Assembly: GCF_963921235.1 (NCBI RefSeq) | Contig: NC_086108.1 | Span: 86,926,001 to 86,990,000 of the forward strand | Length of the DNA: 64,000 nucleotides | DNA from: Mobula hypostoma | Lineage: Eukaryota | Reading direction: 5' to 3' | Shown: positions 60,880 through 64,000 of the stretch, in pieces | How the letters are laid out: the number at the start of each line of letters is the position of its first letter | Numbering within the stretch: position 1 is the first letter of the stretch | Made by a program: the position numbers and the translations under genes | The notes under the pieces: model-generated | What the model was told of the DNA's origin: nothing | Databases searched by the model: none | The model's input: only the letters and a program-made list of their open reading frames with translations

Positions 60880-62819
60880 TGACATGGTATTAATCTTTGT
60901 CACTTTCAAATTCAGAATATATTCAGTATAATGGTATTAATGCAAAGCTAACAAATGATATTGAACATCATTGTCTAAGATACTGAGGAAAACTATCCAC
61001 TCTCTGTTTTGTAAATCTCTAATTTGCGACGCAATTTGAAGAATAAAAAGTAAGAGTCACAATTCAGCAGCTGTTACATGTCTGCAGGGCCCCTGAGATG
61101 GAAACTCGAGCGTATTGTTCCAGGTAAACAAGTGTCATCCAGGCACAATAATTCTGGTGACCAAAGCCCTGGGTCAAAAGGACTACTGGACAAATGATTT
61201 GGGATGATTTTCTTTTTTCGCTTTGAGATCTTTAAGCAGCCATCAATAAAGGCACCCTGGGCCTTGCATGTGGAAGGAAGGATTTTTATTTCCTCCCATG
61301 GTGGAATAGGATTCAAATGACTAGAAGAACTTCCAGATTCAGGAGACTTGGAAGCTCTCTATAGTACTCAAACCTGCTTTTTTTGTCCTGAGAACTCATG
61401 TAGACCTCACAGCCAGTGAGGTTAGTTACCCACCACTACATACCTCTGGTGAGCCATATGACTAGATACGTGATTGGCCCTAGGTATTGTAAATGGTTAA
61501 TTATGAACTGGCCTTTGGCTTTATTTTGGCTGAGGAGAATATTGGTTAGGTACCTGAAAACAGATCAGAACTCATTTTGCATAGTCTGGTGTAGCTTACA
61601 GATTTATCACTCAGTAAGGAATTGAATTATAGATCTAGGTTAATTACTGTCACATCATATTATGTGCTTTAAATTTAATATACCCATTATGACCGACTAT
61701 CAAAATAGCTAATCGTCAATTATTAAAGATGGAAGTGATTGAAATAATTCACCTCAAAATATTTCCATCTTATTCTGTACCAAGCTCCTGAATATTATTA
61801 TTCCCATTCTGTGAGAAATATTATTTAACCAAAATTCTCCCATTTATTTATCATGTGTGTACAACTGCTGTGATTAATAGTATGTGACCATTAATTATCT
61901 TTGACAATAGTGCAATCTTAATGGAGCTCCAGTTATTTTAAATGGTGTTTGAACATTTTAAACCAAGTACAATTATTCTAGCATAATTTATTAATAGCGA
62001 CAGTTATAAAATAGGAAATAAATGAAAATGAGATTCTAAACTTGAGTTCTAAATTTTAATGGCACAAGGTAAAATGACTATGAATATATACTATGATAAA
62101 TTTATGATCTAGATGCTGAAGGCACAGGGAAAATGTGAGTGCACTTTATCAGTTGTAAGCACAGAAATATTAGACTCTGTTTTCTAAAAATCATAAACAC
62201 AGTATGAATTTTAAAATGTCAGGAATAGTATTAATGTCTGTTTAAGCAACACTGTTGTTAGACTGTGTTATCTGAAGTGCAATTTAACAATTGCTGCCAG
62301 TGGACTGAAAATCACAGCAAGCCAATACATACAGGGCAAGTCCAATTAAGTCACGGAATGCCATGATTTACCCTTGATGTTATTGGCACATCATGTCATA
62401 TTCAAATCAGTGGTGCTCTAAATTCTCCTGCCTTGATCGTGGCTGAATACAAGGTGCTGGATTACCCAGTTACTGCATTTAGCTTTAACAAAAGATAAAT
62501 CAGACCTAAAGATGACATGATAATGATGGGGAAGGTCAAGGACTGGGCCTTACTCTCATGAATGTGTAAAGCAGCAATTTTTTTTTTCATTTCCTGGATG
62601 TGTTGGTTCCTTCAATGGGAAAAACAATGAAACCGATCTTATTGGTAACTACTCAAAAGTCTGACAGCAAGTACAATTCAATCCCACTAAATTAATTGCA
62701 TTCACACAATTCATTTGAACAGTGCAGCTAACTACAAGGCCTGTGAAGGACTTTTCGAAGAAAATTTCAGATGCTAGATATCATAAAATAAAAAAAATGC
62801 TGGAAATACTCCTTGGAAA

Positions 62820-63765
62820 TACTGATGGAATAGATGGCTTTGTTGCAAAGATTGGCTGAGGGGCAGGTAATGTTGAGGAAATAGGTAGGATGCAGAAGGA
62901 CTTAGGCAGATCATGAGAATGGGCAAGAAAGTGGCAAATGAAATACAATATTGGAAAATGCATGGTCATGCACTTTGGTAGTAGAAATAAATGTGCGGAC
63001 TATTTTCGCAACGGGGAGAAAATCGAGGAATCTGAGATTCAGAGGGACCTGGGAGTCCTTGTGCAGAACACCCTGAAGGTGAGGAAGGAAAATGCCATGT
63101 TAGCACTCATTTCAAGAGGTCTAGAGTACAGGAGATGCTGAGATGCTACGTGTGATGCTGAGGCTTCATAAGGCACTGGTGAGGCCTCACCTTAAGTATT
63201 GTGAACAGTTTTGGGCCCCTCATCTTAAAGAAGATGTGCTGGCATTGGAGAGGGTCCAGAGGAGGTTCACAAGGATGATCTCAGGAATGAAAGGGTTATC
63301 ATACAAGGAATGTTTGATGGCTCTGAGTCTGTACTCGCTGGAATTCAGAAGGATGGGTGGGGTGGTGGGGGAGAAATCTCATTGAAACCTTTCAAATGTT
63401 GAAAGTCCTAGACAGAGTAGATGTGGAAAGGATGTTTCCCATGGTGGGAGGACCTAGAACAAGAGGGCACAGCCTCAGGATAGAGGGGTGTCCATTCAAA
63501 ACAGTAATGCAGAGAAATTTCTTCAGCCAAAGGGTGGTGGATTGGTGGATTTTTTTTGCCACATGCAGCTGTGGAGGCCAGGTCATTTGGTGTATTTAAG
63601 GCAGAGGTTGCTAGGTTCTTGATTGGACACAGCATCAAAGGTTACGGCGAGAAGACCGGGAACTGGGGTTGAGGAGGGGAAAAAAAGGATCAGCCATTAT
63701 TGAATGGCAGAGCAGACTTGATGGGCCAGATGGCCTAATTCTGCTCCAATATCTTATGGTCTTTT
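62820..63765 (+). mobile_element. CR1 3' fragment
   Basis: KCMVMHFG; LVRPHLKYC; LERVQRRFTRMI; TRGHSLRI; TCTTATGG tail. Confidence 0.9.
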
Positions 63766-64000
63766 GGGTCAGGCACATTGGTGGAAAGGGGAGCAGAAGT
63801 ATTTTTTCAGCCCTAACCTAGAACTTTGCAAATTATTTTGTCGGCATTTTCTCTCCAGCACCATCATCTCATGTCTTTTACTCCATTGATTTCTCTTTCT
63901 AACTGCTCCCATGAATTCATCAACCAGTGACCTCCCCAACGAATCTTCAGGGTGTCATTGGTCTTTCCATGTAGAGGACAGATGTAAAGGAGAAATATTC

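Noticed and set aside
61088..61123. Possible 36-nt exon (CAG...CAG|GTAAAC)
   Set aside because: No polypyrimidine tract, no recognisable peptide and no partner exons.

Overview
This is eukaryotic, AT-rich, intergenic or intronic DNA made up mostly of transposable-element copies and fragments. The repeat repertoire (CR1, Rex1/Babar, RTE, Penelope, V-SINEs, Tc1, hAT, Harbinger, Gypsy) points to a vertebrate, most likely a cartilaginous fish (ray or shark); this is inference. I found no convincing host gene exon, rRNA, tRNA or CRISPR array. The most notable structures are: (1) a 5.5-kb inverted Gypsy composite (LTR-gag-pol / foreign LTR fragment / inverted LTR-gag) inside a CT-rich minisatellite, whose arms rise from about 87% to about 99% identity and retain one open gag ORF; (2) minimal type I hammerhead ribozyme motifs in Penelope termini; (3) an I/Nimb-like LINE derivative whose ORF2 is replaced by a degenerate coiled-coil-like sequence, part of a three-level nest; (4) a three-TIR mariner MITE whose left module is flipped between two copies; (5) an hAT > mariner MITE > RTE nest. 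Family names come from motif recognition only, with no database search. Coordinates without a TSD or TIR are approximate.
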